Program-made: the position numbers and the translations under genes | IMG/VR virus record: IMGVR_UViG_3300027906_000002 | Location: 64,001-128,000 of that record | Reading direction: 5' to 3' (one strand) | Origin: a virus | DNA: 64,000 nucleotides | Part shown: positions 37,548 through 48,400 of the stretch, in pieces | How the letters are laid out: each line of letters opens with the position of its first letter | Position numbering within the stretch: the stretch's first letter is position 1 | Notes under the pieces: generated by a model | Database searches by the model: none | What the model was told of the DNA's origin: nothing | The model's input: only the letters and a program-made list of their open reading frames with translations

Positions 37548-38774
37548 ATGGCCAAACAATCACTAAATCTTGGTACGGTAGCTAATGATAACACAGGGGA
37601 TACCCTGCGTGGTGGAGGCGACAAGATAAACGATAATTTTAATGAAGTATATTCTGCTATTGGTAATGGTACTAATATAACTGTTGATGTTACTAACCCT
37701 GCAGTGGGGCAGGTATTGAGGTACAATGGATCTCTATTCGCTCCATCTGATTATGCTAATTTAACATCATCAATGGATGTTAATGGAAACTCTATAGTTT
37801 CTTCTAGTGGTGGAGATATTAATATTGCATGCAATGGTACTGGTAACCTGACACTTGGTGTAGGTGGTATTAATAATACTTTTAATGGTACTGATGGCGT
37901 TATTGATATGCCAACAAAGGTTAAGTATAAGAATGAATTTTCCGCATTAGGAAATGCTCCTTCTGCTGCATCTTACGGAGGTTATTTTTTCACTGTTGAT
38001 GGTGATGATAATCCTTATGTGAATATTAATATTACTACTGGTGGTGTTGGAGATGTTAGAGCAAAGATAGCAACTGAATATTCTAGTATTGATTTATTAG
38101 GGGATGTAGATACTACAACTGCAGCTCCTACAAACTTACAAGTTTTAAAGTGGAGTGCATCTGCAAGTAAATGGACTCCTCAAGATGATGAATCTGGTCT
38201 TTCATCATTGAACACATGGGCAGTTATTGATGGTGATACTGGATCTACAACAGCAAATGCACAAGCAGATACGTTAACTATTGCTGGTGGAACTAATATA
38301 ACAACGACAGTTGTTGGTGATACCTTAACAGTAGATTTTAGTGGTACTTTAACTACTACTTTAGCAGCATTATCTGATACTGATTTATCTACAGTAGTTC
38401 AAGGGGATTCATTATTCTATAATGGTACTAATTGGATTCCTACTAGGAGTCCAATTACCTGGTGGGAATTGAATGCTAATGGTGCATCAGACTACACATT
38501 TAATGGACCTGGATTTGCATCTGCTACTGCTGACGCAACTCTTTATGTTATGAGGGGTCAAACATATGCTTTTGACAATACTGTTCAAGCAACTGCACAC
38601 CCATTTAGAATTCAAAGTACTCAAGGTTTGACAGGAACTCCTTATACTACAGGACAGACTGGTAGTGGAACAGGTGTTCTTTATTGGACAGTTCCTATGG
38701 GTTCACCTAGTACTCTTTATTATCAATGTACACTCCATGCAGCGATGCAAGGAACTATTAACGTAGTTGGTTAG
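37548..38774 (+). CDS. Baseplate/tail-fibre connector (gp9/gp10-like N-terminus) with C-terminal cupredoxin-like domain
   Basis: MAKQSLNLGTVANDNTGDTLRGGGDKINDNFNEVY is the T4 gp9/gp10 N-terminal motif; C-terminus has AHPF...YQCTLHAAM. Confidence 0.8.
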   Translation: MAKQSLNLGTVANDNTGDTLRGGGDKINDNFNEVYSAIGNGTNITVDVTNPAVGQVLRYNGSLFAPSDYANLTSSMDVNGNSIVSSSGGDINIACNGTGNLTLGVGGINNTFNGTDGVIDMPTKVKYKNEFSALGNAPSAASYGGYFFTVDGDDNPYVNINITTGGVGDVRAKIATEYSSIDLLGDVDTTTAAPTNLQVLKWSASASKWTPQDDESGLSSLNTWAVIDGDTGSTTANAQADTLTIAGGTNITTTVVGDTLTVDFSGTLTTTLAALSDTDLSTVVQGDSLFYNGTNWIPTRSPITWWELNANGASDYTFNGPGFASATADATLYVMRGQTYAFDNTVQATAHPFRIQSTQGLTGTPYTTGQTGSGTGVLYWTVPMGSPSTLYYQCTLHAAMQGTINVVG

Positions 38775-38780
38775 TAAGAT

Positions 38781-41777
38781 ATGGCAAGAACTGTTCCTGG
38801 ATCTGGTGCTGTAATTGAACCTATATTTGACGAAAAATTTGGTGTTCGTGCAATACAAGTAGTTGATGGTGGTATAGGTTATGATGTAACCAATCCTCCA
38901 CGATTGACTGTTACTGGATGTGGTACTCCGACTCAGGAAGCACTTCTATATCCAATTATTGATGAGTTATCTGGAAGGATAGTTCATGTTAGAGTTTTAG
39001 AAAGAGGTCTTGGATACGACCCTCTTAGATTGCAGATAATACCTACACAAGACACACCAACTGTCGTTCGTTCTTTTGATATCAATAGGATATGGCAGTC
39101 ACATCCCAATTCACCCACATCTGGTTTATTCACTTCCGATAGTGACAGACTGAGAATACAAAGTGATAATCATCCAAAACCAACACCACTATTAGCAGAG
39201 AGAGCTCCTGGTGGTGGATCTGGTGGTACTCTTGCTCAGTATACACCTTCAGCAATTAACTACAATCCTACTACTGGTTTAATGGAAATGACCATTGGTA
39301 GTCATAGTTATACTACAGGTGATAGCATTAAAATTGGAACTGATTCATTAACATTTACTTGTGCGTTAGATGATCATGGAACCGATCATACATATCCTCG
39401 TGCAACTGATCCAGTAGCAGGTGTTGCTATACCAATTCTTTCTACAACATCTACAACTATTACAGTACAAGTACTGGGTGTTGCTCCTGCAACTAATACC
39501 AGTGCTCATACCTTTAAGTCTGCTACTTTTGGTGCAGTTAGTAGTGGTGGATCATTAGTAGATCGTTCATTTGATCAAACTTACATTTATAGGGGTGGTA
39601 AAGATGCTCCGAATCCTGATGCTAGAGAAGAGCAACTTAATAAGGCATTAGGTCTATTGGCAAATGGAGTTCAACTTCATACTCCAGAATGGGGTCAAGC
39701 TGGCAATCCTACTCCTGGATTTTCAATTGATTCAGTTAAACATTCGCATATTAAAAGTAATACTTCTTCTGATGCAGTAATAGATGGTAACACTTATTAC
39801 TATCAATCATCTAGATTGATTTCTGAGTTTGCTGAACATAATGGTGTGTTTGATTGGGGTAAGATTAGACCTTTTACTTGGAATATAAAAACAGAATTTG
39901 ACAACTTGATGTTTGAGGTTGGTAGTGTTGATGAAACTTTAGGTGTAGTTGAGATTGGTAGGACTATAGATGCTATAGCTACCACTGCTAAAGCAGAAAT
40001 TGCGAAGATTGTAAGAAATAATTTAGGAAGTATAACCCACATTTATGTTAGAAATATAAGAGGGTCTGATGAATTTGCTGAGAATAATGTTGTTTTGGGA
40101 TCTACTGGATTTAGTTTTAAAATATTAGAACCACCAACAGAGTTAACTAACGGTATTTTTTATATTGATTTTGGTCCAGATGCTACAGAGTTTGGTCCTT
40201 TTGTTGATGGTCAATATTACTTTGCACCAGAAAATATTAAGGTGCAAAGAAATTATTTAATTATTTGGAATCAGACCGATTCAACTAATCAACCTTCTGG
40301 GAATCATCCTCATGGACATCCTATGCAGTTTAGTACCACACAGGATGGGTTGTTAAATGGTGGTAGTTTATATTATAAGAGTACGGGAGTAACAGAAGCA
40401 CCATCTACAGATTATGAAAATGAGTTTAAACCTCTATTCATAATGAATGGTGATGAGAATAGTAGAATTTATTATTACTGTAAGTATCACAGATATATGT
40501 CTGGGTATGAAGGTCATGAAGGATATATGACTTTGGATCTAGAAATAGATGATGATCCTTTACCTAATGATTATTATATTACAGACTATTATCAGAGTGA
40601 TGATAGTGATCCTAATACGATAAATTATTCACGGCATGCTGATGGTCATTCTAAAATATTAGGAATGGCATTTGATGGATATCCAATTTATGGACCTTAT
40701 GGATATGATTTAAGTGGTACTAGTGTTTTAGATACTATCCCAGTTTTATCTGAATATGCTGGTCTTTTCTTCCAGGTTGGTAATGGTTACCCAACTTCAA
40801 ATAACGATCCTGCACAAACTGGTACTGGTTGTATTGTTGATGTAGTTACAATTGGTACTTATCAGCCTGGTGGTATTCTTACAATTAGGATAGCTGAAGG
40901 TGGAAGTGGATATGCTATTGGTGATAAAATTAGAATCCTTCATAAGTATGATGGAGCATTGGTATCTGGATATTCGCATAGTTCTTGGAATGCTAATCCA
41001 GATAGAACTGAAGGAGTATATGGTGAAGTTGGTACTGCGTCTGAATTCACAATTCCAGCTTCATGGACTTCTGCTAATGGTGTTGGTGGTAAACCTAAAG
41101 TTACTGTTGCTGCTGATGGTTCTATAAGTGGTTTTACTATGGGTGGCAATGGACCTGAGGCAATACCTGGACCAGATGGTAATATGGGATATAATTATGT
41201 CGAAGATGAGGAGTTTACTATTCCTGGTAATTACATTGGTGGATCTACTCCTGCAGGTGATATACTAGTCAGAGTTGCTTGGGCTACTGATGATGATAGT
41301 GGAGTTGCTGAAATTACTTCTGTAGGTACTGGTCTTAAAAGAGAAGTTACTGGATTTAGATACAGAGTAGGTGATGAATTAGCTGGTGCTAGACCTGATG
41401 TAGTTACTCCAGAAACTATAACTTATGTTGTAACAGTTGCTAATGGTGAGTTTAATATTGGTGGTAGTACTGTTCCTTTCTTAAGTTTATGGAGAGGAAA
41501 GACATATGTATTCCAACAGAATGATTCTAGTAATGATAATGAACAGTTATTAATATCTACTACTGATGATGGATGGCATGCTGGCACTCCACCAGATACA
41601 ACATATCTTTTTGAAGGACCAGGTATTACCTATTGGTTAGAAGGATCTGAAGTAACTTATAGTGCTTATATTAGTGGGTTTAATGCTGCTACTGCAAGAG
41701 AGATAAGATTTGAAGTACCTGTAAATCTCCTCTTGCTTTGTATACCTTTGGTTATACAACTTCTGGTATTGGTATAA
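38781..41777 (+). CDS. Virion structural protein, YHYH-domain; 5' part of a frameshifted gene
   Basis: HSKILGMAFDGYPIYGPYG is the first half of a YHYH domain; in-frame sequence degenerates after EVPVN at about 41726. Confidence 0.75.
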   Translation: MARTVPGSGAVIEPIFDEKFGVRAIQVVDGGIGYDVTNPPRLTVTGCGTPTQEALLYPIIDELSGRIVHVRVLERGLGYDPLRLQIIPTQDTPTVVRSFDINRIWQSHPNSPTSGLFTSDSDRLRIQSDNHPKPTPLLAERAPGGGSGGTLAQYTPSAINYNPTTGLMEMTIGSHSYTTGDSIKIGTDSLTFTCALDDHGTDHTYPRATDPVAGVAIPILSTTSTTITVQVLGVAPATNTSAHTFKSATFGAVSSGGSLVDRSFDQTYIYRGGKDAPNPDAREEQLNKALGLLANGVQLHTPEWGQAGNPTPGFSIDSVKHSHIKSNTSSDAVIDGNTYYYQSSRLISEFAEHNGVFDWGKIRPFTWNIKTEFDNLMFEVGSVDETLGVVEIGRTIDAIATTAKAEIAKIVRNNLGSITHIYVRNIRGSDEFAENNVVLGSTGFSFKILEPPTELTNGIFYIDFGPDATEFGPFVDGQYYFAPENIKVQRNYLIIWNQTDSTNQPSGNHPHGHPMQFSTTQDGLLNGGSLYYKSTGVTEAPSTDYENEFKPLFIMNGDENSRIYYYCKYHRYMSGYEGHEGYMTLDLEIDDDPLPNDYYITDYYQSDDSDPNTINYSRHADGHSKILGMAFDGYPIYGPYGYDLSGTSVLDTIPVLSEYAGLFFQVGNGYPTSNNDPAQTGTGCIVDVVTIGTYQPGGILTIRIAEGGSGYAIGDKIRILHKYDGALVSGYSHSSWNANPDRTEGVYGEVGTASEFTIPASWTSANGVGGKPKVTVAADGSISGFTMGGNGPEAIPGPDGNMGYNYVEDEEFTIPGNYIGGSTPAGDILVRVAWATDDDSGVAEITSVGTGLKREVTGFRYRVGDELAGARPDVVTPETITYVVTVANGEFNIGGSTVPFLSLWRGKTYVFQQNDSSNDNEQLLISTTDDGWHAGTPPDTTYLFEGPGITYWLEGSEVTYSAYISGFNAATAREIRFEVPVNLLLLCIPLVIQLLVLV

Positions 41778-43891
41778 GAACAGTTCAAGATGGATATGTA
41801 ATTGGAGATTTGGTTCAGGATTATATTTGGGATACTACTGTTGGTACTTTGGATGAGCATAATGGTAAATTCGCTGTTACTCCTGAATATCCAAATGGAA
41901 CCTATGCATACTTCTTAACAGAGAATGCTAGTGGGGTTCCAACTTACCCTTATGCAATTGGACCAACAATGTATGGTACTCCTTTGTTTGAGGGTGATAT
42001 TGTTCCTACTCAACCAGATACATTCCCAGCTGGTGCAGCAGGAGATATTGTATTGAATACTGATGGTACTGTCAGTTATGTTAAGATGACCAAAAAAGGT
42101 GATAACTATTTTGGTTCAGCAACAGCAAGAATATTAGGTGGAGAAGGTGCTGGTGCTACAGGAACACCTACTGTACAGACAATTACGGGTTTATCACTAT
42201 TACAAGGTGGAAGAGATTATGCCACACCTCCAACACTTATCTTTGAAGGTGGTGGAGGTCAAGGTGCTCAAGGTGCTGCTGAGATTGATACACTTGGTAA
42301 AGTTACTAATATTAGTATTGTAGATGAGGGTGAGTATTATCAAGAACCTCCTTATATTCTTATTAATGGTGGTGGTGGAATTGGTGCTAAAGCTATAGCA
42401 AAAGTTACTCAAGGTGTTGTTACTGATATTGAAATTACAGATCCAGGTAGCGGATATATTGATCAACCGAAAGTAATATTTACAAAATTAGTTAACTTAA
42501 AACGTAAATCTAGATCTAGACAGGCATACAATTCTATTGCTGGTTTCCTTACTGGTCTTGTTAAGAATGTACAAAAGTCTGATACTGAATTGTATGTTGA
42601 TTCTACTGATGCTTTCCCTGGTTCTGGTGAGTTAATCCTCAATAAAGAAACTATTGCATATACAGCTAAATCTAAAGGTAAATTCTCTGGTCTAACTAGA
42701 GGAGTTAATTTCAATTTTGATCAGAGAATTATTCTTGATTCTGGACAAATTGATGGTGATGGTAATTCAACTTATAAGTTTAATGTTAATGATAGAGTTA
42801 TTAGAAAAATTGAAAGTGAAGCTAATAAAGTTGCGAAGGTATATGACTGGGATCCAACAACTAGAGAATTGTTAGTAACATTTGAAGTTGATGAATTGGC
42901 ATTTATTGATGCTGGAATACCATCAACTGAAGATGCTATTGTTCAATTTGATGCTGGTCTTGCAGGATCTGCCCCAGGTGGGTTTAATCCTCATGTTCTC
43001 TTAGATGTAGATTCTACTGAAGGTGTATATATTGTAGCTTTGACAGAACCAATATCTCAAGTAATAGATAAAGAATTTGAAGATAATGATGAATTGGATG
43101 GTGCTGGAGATGGAATTATAGATCTTGTTAACTCAGGAACTGATTATGAAAATCAAATAAATCTTGATGGTGGTATTCATACTTCATTATATGGTATTGA
43201 AGAAACTCAAGGTGGTCAGAATACAACTTTATTCCAAGTTGGTGATCAGGTTAAAGATGGTAGTTTGCCATTTAAGTATGCTACAGTTAGTGATGCAGGT
43301 ACTTTAACTGATGGTGTTCCACATGCTGCACTCATAAATTTATATCTAGATCCTAATCTTTCTAATGGATTGAGTTTCGGTGTTAACGAAATTGTTACTG
43401 GATCTGTTTCTGGTGTTAGAGCAAATGTAGTTTCTTGGGATCCAGTTAATACCATACTTACAGTTCAGGATATAACTCCATTTAATACTGGTGATGTTAA
43501 TGTAGGTATAGGTGGATATTTGTATGAGTTTTCACATGATAGTACTGTAGTTGATTTTGTAATTCAAAGTCCAGGTACTAACTATACAGCAGTTCCAACA
43601 GTAACAGTTGAGAATATTGGTGATATACAATGTCAAGCAACTGTTAATTTAACATCTGCTCAAGACCAAGTTGCTTCATGCACCATTACTAATGGTGGTT
43701 ATGGAATCGTTGCATCGGTTGATAATACATATAACACACACCCAACAGTAACTTTTGTTAATGCTGTAGGAGATTCTACTGGAAATGGAGCAGCTGCTGC
43801 AGTAATTTTGGGTGGAGAAGACATCATGGGTAATAGCGGTGCTACTTACAGACTCAAGAGAATTGAGTATTCTGCACAACTCCGTTCGTAA
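41726..43891 (+). CDS. 3' part of the same structural protein (-1 frame)
   Basis: LDEHNGKFAVTPEYPNGTYAYF...YPYAIG completes the YHYH domain; the -1 frame is open only from 41714 and has no good start of its own. Confidence 0.7.
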   Translation, partial: SPLALYTFGYTTSGIGIRTVQDGYVIGDLVQDYIWDTTVGTLDEHNGKFAVTPEYPNGTYAYFLTENASGVPTYPYAIGPTMYGTPLFEGDIVPTQPDTFPAGAAGDIVLNTDGTVSYVKMTKKGDNYFGSATARILGGEGAGATGTPTVQTITGLSLLQGGRDYATPPTLIFEGGGGQGAQGAAEIDTLGKVTNISIVDEGEYYQEPPYILINGGGGIGAKAIAKVTQGVVTDIEITDPGSGYIDQPKVIFTKLVNLKRKSRSRQAYNSIAGFLTGLVKNVQKSDTELYVDSTDAFPGSGELILNKETIAYTAKSKGKFSGLTRGVNFNFDQRIILDSGQIDGDGNSTYKFNVNDRVIRKIESEANKVAKVYDWDPTTRELLVTFEVDELAFIDAGIPSTEDAIVQFDAGLAGSAPGGFNPHVLLDVDSTEGVYIVALTEPISQVIDKEFEDNDELDGAGDGIIDLVNSGTDYENQINLDGGIHTSLYGIEETQGGQNTTLFQVGDQVKDGSLPFKYATVSDAGTLTDGVPHAALINLYLDPNLSNGLSFGVNEIVTGSVSGVRANVVSWDPVNTILTVQDITPFNTGDVNVGIGGYLYEFSHDSTVVDFVIQSPGTNYTAVPTVTVENIGDIQCQATVNLTSAQDQVASCTITNGGYGIVASVDNTYNTHPTVTFVNAVGDSTGNGAAAAVILGGEDIMGNSGATYRLKRIEYSAQLRS

Positions 43892-43896
43892 TACAC

Positions 43897-43903
43897 ATAA
43901 ATA
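43897..43903 (+). promoter_or_regulatory. T4-like late promoter
   Basis: ATAAATA in the 38-nt intergenic gap, 27 nt before the gp8 ATG. Confidence 0.7.
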
Positions 43904-43929
43904 AACAAGAGGACAATAGTCACTAGGAA

Positions 43930-45462
43930 ATGGCAGCTCTATTAACTGATCAATTTAGAATATTTTCGGCACAGAAATTCATAAAAGCTCTTGAAGGTCC
44001 AGATGCGACTCAAAGTGATGATGCTGCTGGAACTTCTCGTGATCGCATATACTTATTCATTGGAAGACCGCAAAGTTGGGACAATGAAAACTCACCACCG
44101 CAAGCAGTAGATTCTTTCGCAGAATTTTCTGGATCATATGATGATATGATATCCCTTAAAAGGGTTCTTGCTGCGGATACGGTTCAGGTTGCTCGTAGGA
44201 TTGACTGGGTTTCACCAGAACAAACTACTGGTGGATTAGGTTTTACCTATGACATGTACAGACATGACTATTCTCCTAGTAGAACTGCTGCCTCTGGTGC
44301 TACTAAACTATATGATTCTGATTTTTACGTTGTAAATTCCCAGTATCAAGTTTATAAGTGCATCTATAACGGAACTTCCCCTAGTGATCCTAACGGAAAA
44401 CCCTCTACAGTTGAACCTACTGGTACTAGTACCTCTATTGTTACAACTGGTGATGGATATCGTTGGAAGTATATGTATACTATTCCAGTTGCATCTGTTC
44501 TTAAGTTCTTTAGTAATGACTATATGCCAGTCTTTACTAATGACGCAGTGAAAACTAACGCAGTTGAGGGTGAAATTGACACTATTGTTATTACTGCTGC
44601 TGGTGCTGGTTACAACAACGGCACTTACGATAACGTCGCCATTAATGGTGATGGAACTGGTGGTAGGGTTAGTATTGTTGTTGATGGTGGTAAGATCATT
44701 TCTGCTACCGTTACTTCTGGTGGTACTGGATATACCTTTGGTAAAATTTCTGTTGATAATATTACTGGTATTGGTACTGGTCAAGGCGGTCAAGTCGATG
44801 TAATTATTCCACCTCCAGGTGGTCATGGACATGATACTATTGTTGAACTTGGTGCATTCCGAGTTATGATCAACGCCAAACTCTCTTATGATGAGGGTGC
44901 TGGTGACTTCCCTATTGATAATGACTATCGTCGTATTGGTTTAATCACCAATCCACTTAAGTTTGGTACAACTGAGTTGATTGCTGATTTAACGGTTTCT
45001 GCTACTAAAGCAGTTATCTTTGCACCAACATTCCAGGGTAACTACGTTCCTGATGAAATCATTACTCAGACACGTGTTGTTGGTGGTACAAACGTTACCT
45101 CTCGTGCAAGAGTTATTTCATGGAATGCTACAACAAAAGTTCTGAAATATTATCAGAATGCTGTTGATGGTATTTTCCCTGAAGTTACAGGTACTCAAAA
45201 CGAATTTGATGGATCTAATGTTATTAGTGGATCAACTTCGGGTGCTGCTGGACAACCAGACGTTAACTTCCCTGCTGTACCAAATACTTCTTCTAGAACT
45301 ATTAACAATACTGAATATGATCTTGGTATGAAATTTAACTCTGGATATGCTAAACCAGAGATTAAGTCAAATAGCGGTCAGGTTGTTTACATAGATAATA
45401 GAAGATCAATCAGTCGTGCAAACGACCAAGTAGAAGACATTAAAATCGTAATCGAGTTCTAA
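43930..45462 (+). CDS. gp8: Baseplate wedge subunit gp8
   Basis: YLFIGRPQSW, RRIDW..YDMYRHDY, VYKCIYNG, DGYRWKYMYTI, YIDNRRSISRANDQVEDIKIVIEF. Confidence 0.93.
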   Translation: MAALLTDQFRIFSAQKFIKALEGPDATQSDDAAGTSRDRIYLFIGRPQSWDNENSPPQAVDSFAEFSGSYDDMISLKRVLAADTVQVARRIDWVSPEQTTGGLGFTYDMYRHDYSPSRTAASGATKLYDSDFYVVNSQYQVYKCIYNGTSPSDPNGKPSTVEPTGTSTSIVTTGDGYRWKYMYTIPVASVLKFFSNDYMPVFTNDAVKTNAVEGEIDTIVITAAGAGYNNGTYDNVAINGDGTGGRVSIVVDGGKIISATVTSGGTGYTFGKISVDNITGIGTGQGGQVDVIIPPPGGHGHDTIVELGAFRVMINAKLSYDEGAGDFPIDNDYRRIGLITNPLKFGTTELIADLTVSATKAVIFAPTFQGNYVPDEIITQTRVVGGTNVTSRARVISWNATTKVLKYYQNAVDGIFPEVTGTQNEFDGSNVISGSTSGAAGQPDVNFPAVPNTSSRTINNTEYDLGMKFNSGYAKPEIKSNSGQVVYIDNRRSISRANDQVEDIKIVIEF

Positions 45463-45467
45463 CCCGA

Positions 45468-48400
45468 ATGGCACAAAATACTAACCTAAACGTAACACCG
45501 TATTACGACGACTTTGATAAAGATAAGAATTTTTATCGAGTGCTGTTCCGTCCTGGATTTCCTATACAGGCAAGGGCACTTACGACAATGCAGAGTATTC
45601 TGCAGAATCAGATTGAGTCTATGGGAACTGCAACCTTCAAAGAAGGTGCAATGGTTATTCCAGGACAGGTTGGTTATGACTTAAATGTACAAGCAATATT
45701 GATCCAAGAGTCATTCCTTGGTAGTGAAGTTGAAACGTATAGAGAACAGTTAGACGGAACTATTATTGAAGGTTTGACAACAGGTGTTAGAGCAAAAGTA
45801 CTTTATAGTATTTCTGCAACTGAGTCAGAGAAAGGTTATATCACGTTATATGTTAAGTATATTGATTCTGGTGATACTACATCATCAACATCATCTAAGA
45901 CTTTCCAAATTAATGAGCAGTTGATTGCTGATAAAGAGATTACATTTGGATCAACTCTTATTGAAATTGGTACTCCATTCGCACAGTTACTTCCAGTAAA
46001 TGCTACTGAGGTTGGATCTGCTGCTTATATTAGTGAAGGTGTTTATTATATTAGAGGGCATTTTATAAATGTTCCAACTGCATATTTACTATTAGATCAG
46101 TATGGTAATAATCCATCTTATAGGGTTGGTTTAGAAGTTTTAGAATCTATTATAACTCCAGAAGATGATGAGAGTTTGAATGATAATGCTGCTGGTACTT
46201 CAAACTATTCCGCACCAGGTGGTCATAGATTTAGAATTAAGACACAATTTGTTAAGAGATTAATCAGTGATGATGCTGATAAAGATTTCATAGAACTATT
46301 AAGAATTAATAAGAGTAGAGTAGAGAATTTTGTTAACAGAACTGCATATAGTGAATTAGAAAGATCAATGGCTCGTCGTACATACGAGGAGTCTGGAGAC
46401 TATGTAATTGATACTTTTGATGTAAAGGTTAGGGAACATCTTAATGATGGATTTAATAATGGTGTGTATGCTTTAAATGATACTTCTGCTGATGGTAATT
46501 TAGCTAATGAAGGAAAACTTGCTATTGAAGTTTCTCCAGGTAAAGCATATGTTAAAGGATATCGTACAGAATTTATTTCACCACAGTATGTTGATGTAGA
46601 TAAGCCTAGAGATTTTGACATGAGTAATAACTCAATTGTCAATTTCAACTTAGGTAACTTTGTAAAAGTCTATGATGTCTTTGGATGGCCAGAGATTTCT
46701 GGTGACGGTGTTACTGATGGGTATCAGACAATAGATCTATATGATACTTGGACTTTAAACGCTACTAATGATGAACCTAGTGGTGGTAATAAGATTGGTA
46801 GATGTAGATGTATTCAGTTACAGGCTGCCTCTACAGCAGCATCAAACTCTTCTCAATCAGGTACTGCAGCTAGTGCTGGAGTATATGATATGTGGTTTTT
46901 TGATGCTCAAATGTTTACTGCTGTTAATATTAACAATGCAGTTCATTCTGCTGTAGCATCAACTCCAGGTATTGCTGCTGGACGTAGAATTGTAGGTAAG
47001 ACATCTGGTGCTACTGGTTATGTTGCAGATACTGGTAACCAAACTCATTATATTCAGTTAGAACATGTATCAGGTAAATTCACTATTGGTGAAATCCTAG
47101 AGCATGATGGTCTTAATGTTGGTACTTTAGAAGCAGCACATACTTATCAGTTAACTGATACAAGATCATCCTTTGGATATACTGGTGGTGGTGCAGTAAG
47201 ATTTGGTTGTAACTGGGTACTTAATGATGTTTGGCCAATTGAATGTACTACTGTCGCTGTTGATCAAGGAAGTAATCAAGAGATTACTGGTTTCCGTACA
47301 AGATTTGAAAATGATCTAAGACCAGGTGATGTAATTACCACAACTGTTTCTGACTTTGAAGGTAAGAATACTCTTCGTATTGAAAGAGTAGATCAGACAG
47401 CTATTGGTGTAACTACATCAAATAAGAAAGCAACGGTTGCCGATGCTGATGTTATCTTTGATTATGCTGCACAGGTAGCAGAACTAGAAGTAGCATCATC
47501 GATGAATGCAGGTGCTATTACCGATGGTGATTATAGTGATGTCGTAAGGTTACGTCCTTTCGTATTCCAAAAGGATTATCAGAATGGAGAACTATCTTTT
47601 GATTTACCAGAAGATACAATGAGATCTATTACTGATGAATCATTCTTTGTATACAGAAACTTTGCATCTAAAACAGTAACCACTGGTTCTATTACATTTA
47701 CAGTTCCTGAGAATGAAGCATTTGGTGCTATGTCTTCAGAGAACTTTACTCTTACTGTTGTAGCTAATGGTGGTAGTGGAACATGGTCTAATGGTCAGAA
47801 TATAGATCTTGATGCTGAGGTTACTGGTGGAAACTTGACAGCAACATATGGTGCTAATAACCAGTCAATCTCTATTGGTGGATTGGGTTCAGTTTCATCT
47901 GTTACATTAACTGCTTTAGTATCTAAGAATACTGTTACTAAGAAGTTGAAGACTGCATCCAAGATGCAAGCATTAAAGGTATTTAAAACTGATCAAAAAT
48001 TAGACACACAACCAACAGGACTAGAGTATAGTTCTTTATATGGTACTAGATGTCAGGATGAGGCAATCTCATTTGGTATTAATGATGTATATAATATTCA
48101 TGCAATATATGAGTCTTATGATAATAATGACGCATCTTCACCATTTGTTATATTAACTGAATCTGTATTCTTTTCTGCAGGTACTCTAATAGAAGGTAAA
48201 ACATCTGGAGCAAGAGGTAGAGTTATTAGTTTTGAGAACTCTGCATTAAAACTTTATTTTGTTGCATTGAATGAAAAACCATTTATTATAGGTGAAACTA
48301 TTAATGGATTTGATGCTGCTGGTGGTGCACTTGCTGGTATCGTTGATGATGGTGCTGGATCAATATTCCTTGGTAGTAAAGTTATTACAGATCAGTATAC

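Noticed and set aside
37262-37726. 154-aa minus-strand ORF spanning the gp7/gp9-like junction
   Set aside because: Overlaps two well-supported plus-strand genes and a late promoter; no recognisable motif.
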